Below, piece by piece: positions 39,032 to 39,424 of a DNA stretch of 39,424 nucleotides. Each line of letters begins with the position of its first letter. Within the stretch, counting starts at the first letter, position 1. Source of the DNA: Candidatus Eiseniibacteriota bacterium (GTDB lineage Bacteria; Eisenbacteria; RBG-16-71-46; CAZEPH01). The stretch covers positions 1 to 39,424 of the forward strand of contig JBGATO010000034.1 in assembly GCA_044229145.1 (NCBI GenBank). The letters are read 5' to 3'. Position numbers and translations under genes: made by a program. The notes under the pieces were generated by a model, which ran no database searches, was not told the DNA's origin, and worked only from the letters and a program-made list of their open reading frames with translations.

Positions 39032-39424
39032 TCACTCGCCGGAGGAGGAGGCGAGCAGATGCACCAGCTTCTCCCACTCGTCGCGCAAGCCGTCGGGGTT
39101 CTCCACCGAGATCGGCGCGTCGCCGGCGCGGCGCAGCGGCACCGTGGCGGTGAGCAATGACGAGGTCACGTAGTGCACGTCCTTCGCGAGCACGCCGCCG
39201 ATGCGGATACGGGTGCCCGGCGTGAAGCCGCTGCCGCGCACCGTGAATGGGCGGTACACGCCGATGGTGTCGGGCAGCACGTCCTGGATGTGCGGGGGCG
39301 GTGCGTCGGTGTAGACCAGCGCGCCCTGAAGCCAGCCGGCAAGACCGTTGGGGTGGACGATCTGCGCGTCGGCGGATCCGGCGGCGTGCGCCGGCGCCAC
39401 GAAGGTCAGATGCCGCGCGTCCTT
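39032..39424 (-). CDS. IPT/TIG-domain protein, C-terminal fragment; 5' end lies outside the window
   Basis: Open to the window end. Tandem TIG-like units: LTFVAPAHAAGSADAQIVHPNG and P.I.DVLP...FTVRGSGFTPGTRIRIGG...LTATVP...G...ISVENPDG. Confidence 0.8.
   Translation of the reverse strand, partial: KDARHLTFVAPAHAAGSADAQIVHPNGLAGWLQGALVYTDAPPPHIQDVLPDTIGVYRPFTVRGSGFTPGTRIRIGGVLAKDVHYVTSSLLTATVPLRRAGDAPISVENPDGLRDEWEKLVHLLASSSGE

Overview
This is a very GC-rich (about 70%) bacterial window of mostly housekeeping and cell-envelope genes. In order: the 3' end of a PPi-dependent phosphofructokinase, an ICMT-family membrane protein, trpF, a soluble Aer-like PAS sensor, a DUF6544-like protein, a BaiN-like flavoprotein, a Tet-family MFS transporter, a prolyl oligopeptidase, a BNR/VPS10 propeller protein, a DcsG-like ATP-grasp enzyme, typA, etfBA, a CHASE4 hybrid kinase, a fadD/MBL hydrolase/methyltransferase/beta-barrel run, fabI, a DsbA-like/CmpX-like/glucosylglycerate-synthase-like trio, a secreted hypothetical protein, a heavily frameshifted GT4/GT-C/flippase cluster, an NHL-repeat protein, a class A PBP, a flavin reductase, an M28 peptidase and a partial IPT/TIG protein. 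I saw no rRNA, tRNA, CRISPR array or transposase. The most unusual part is a lower-GC segment at about 32.9-34.4 kb. It encodes a secreted NHL protein ending in 'PVRSSTWGTIKAIYR', a candidate C-terminal sorting signal I associate with Ca. Eisenbacteria/Krumholzibacteria/Latescibacteria-type lineages. That gene is flanked on both sides by orphan fragments of FlgD/T9SS-like C-terminal domains. Also notable are a soluble Aer-type receptor with two degenerate MCP hairpin tips, a 36-codon ORF coupled to the hybrid kinase, and frameshifts confined to 28.4-32.1 kb. All functional calls come from recognising motifs by eye; no database search was run.
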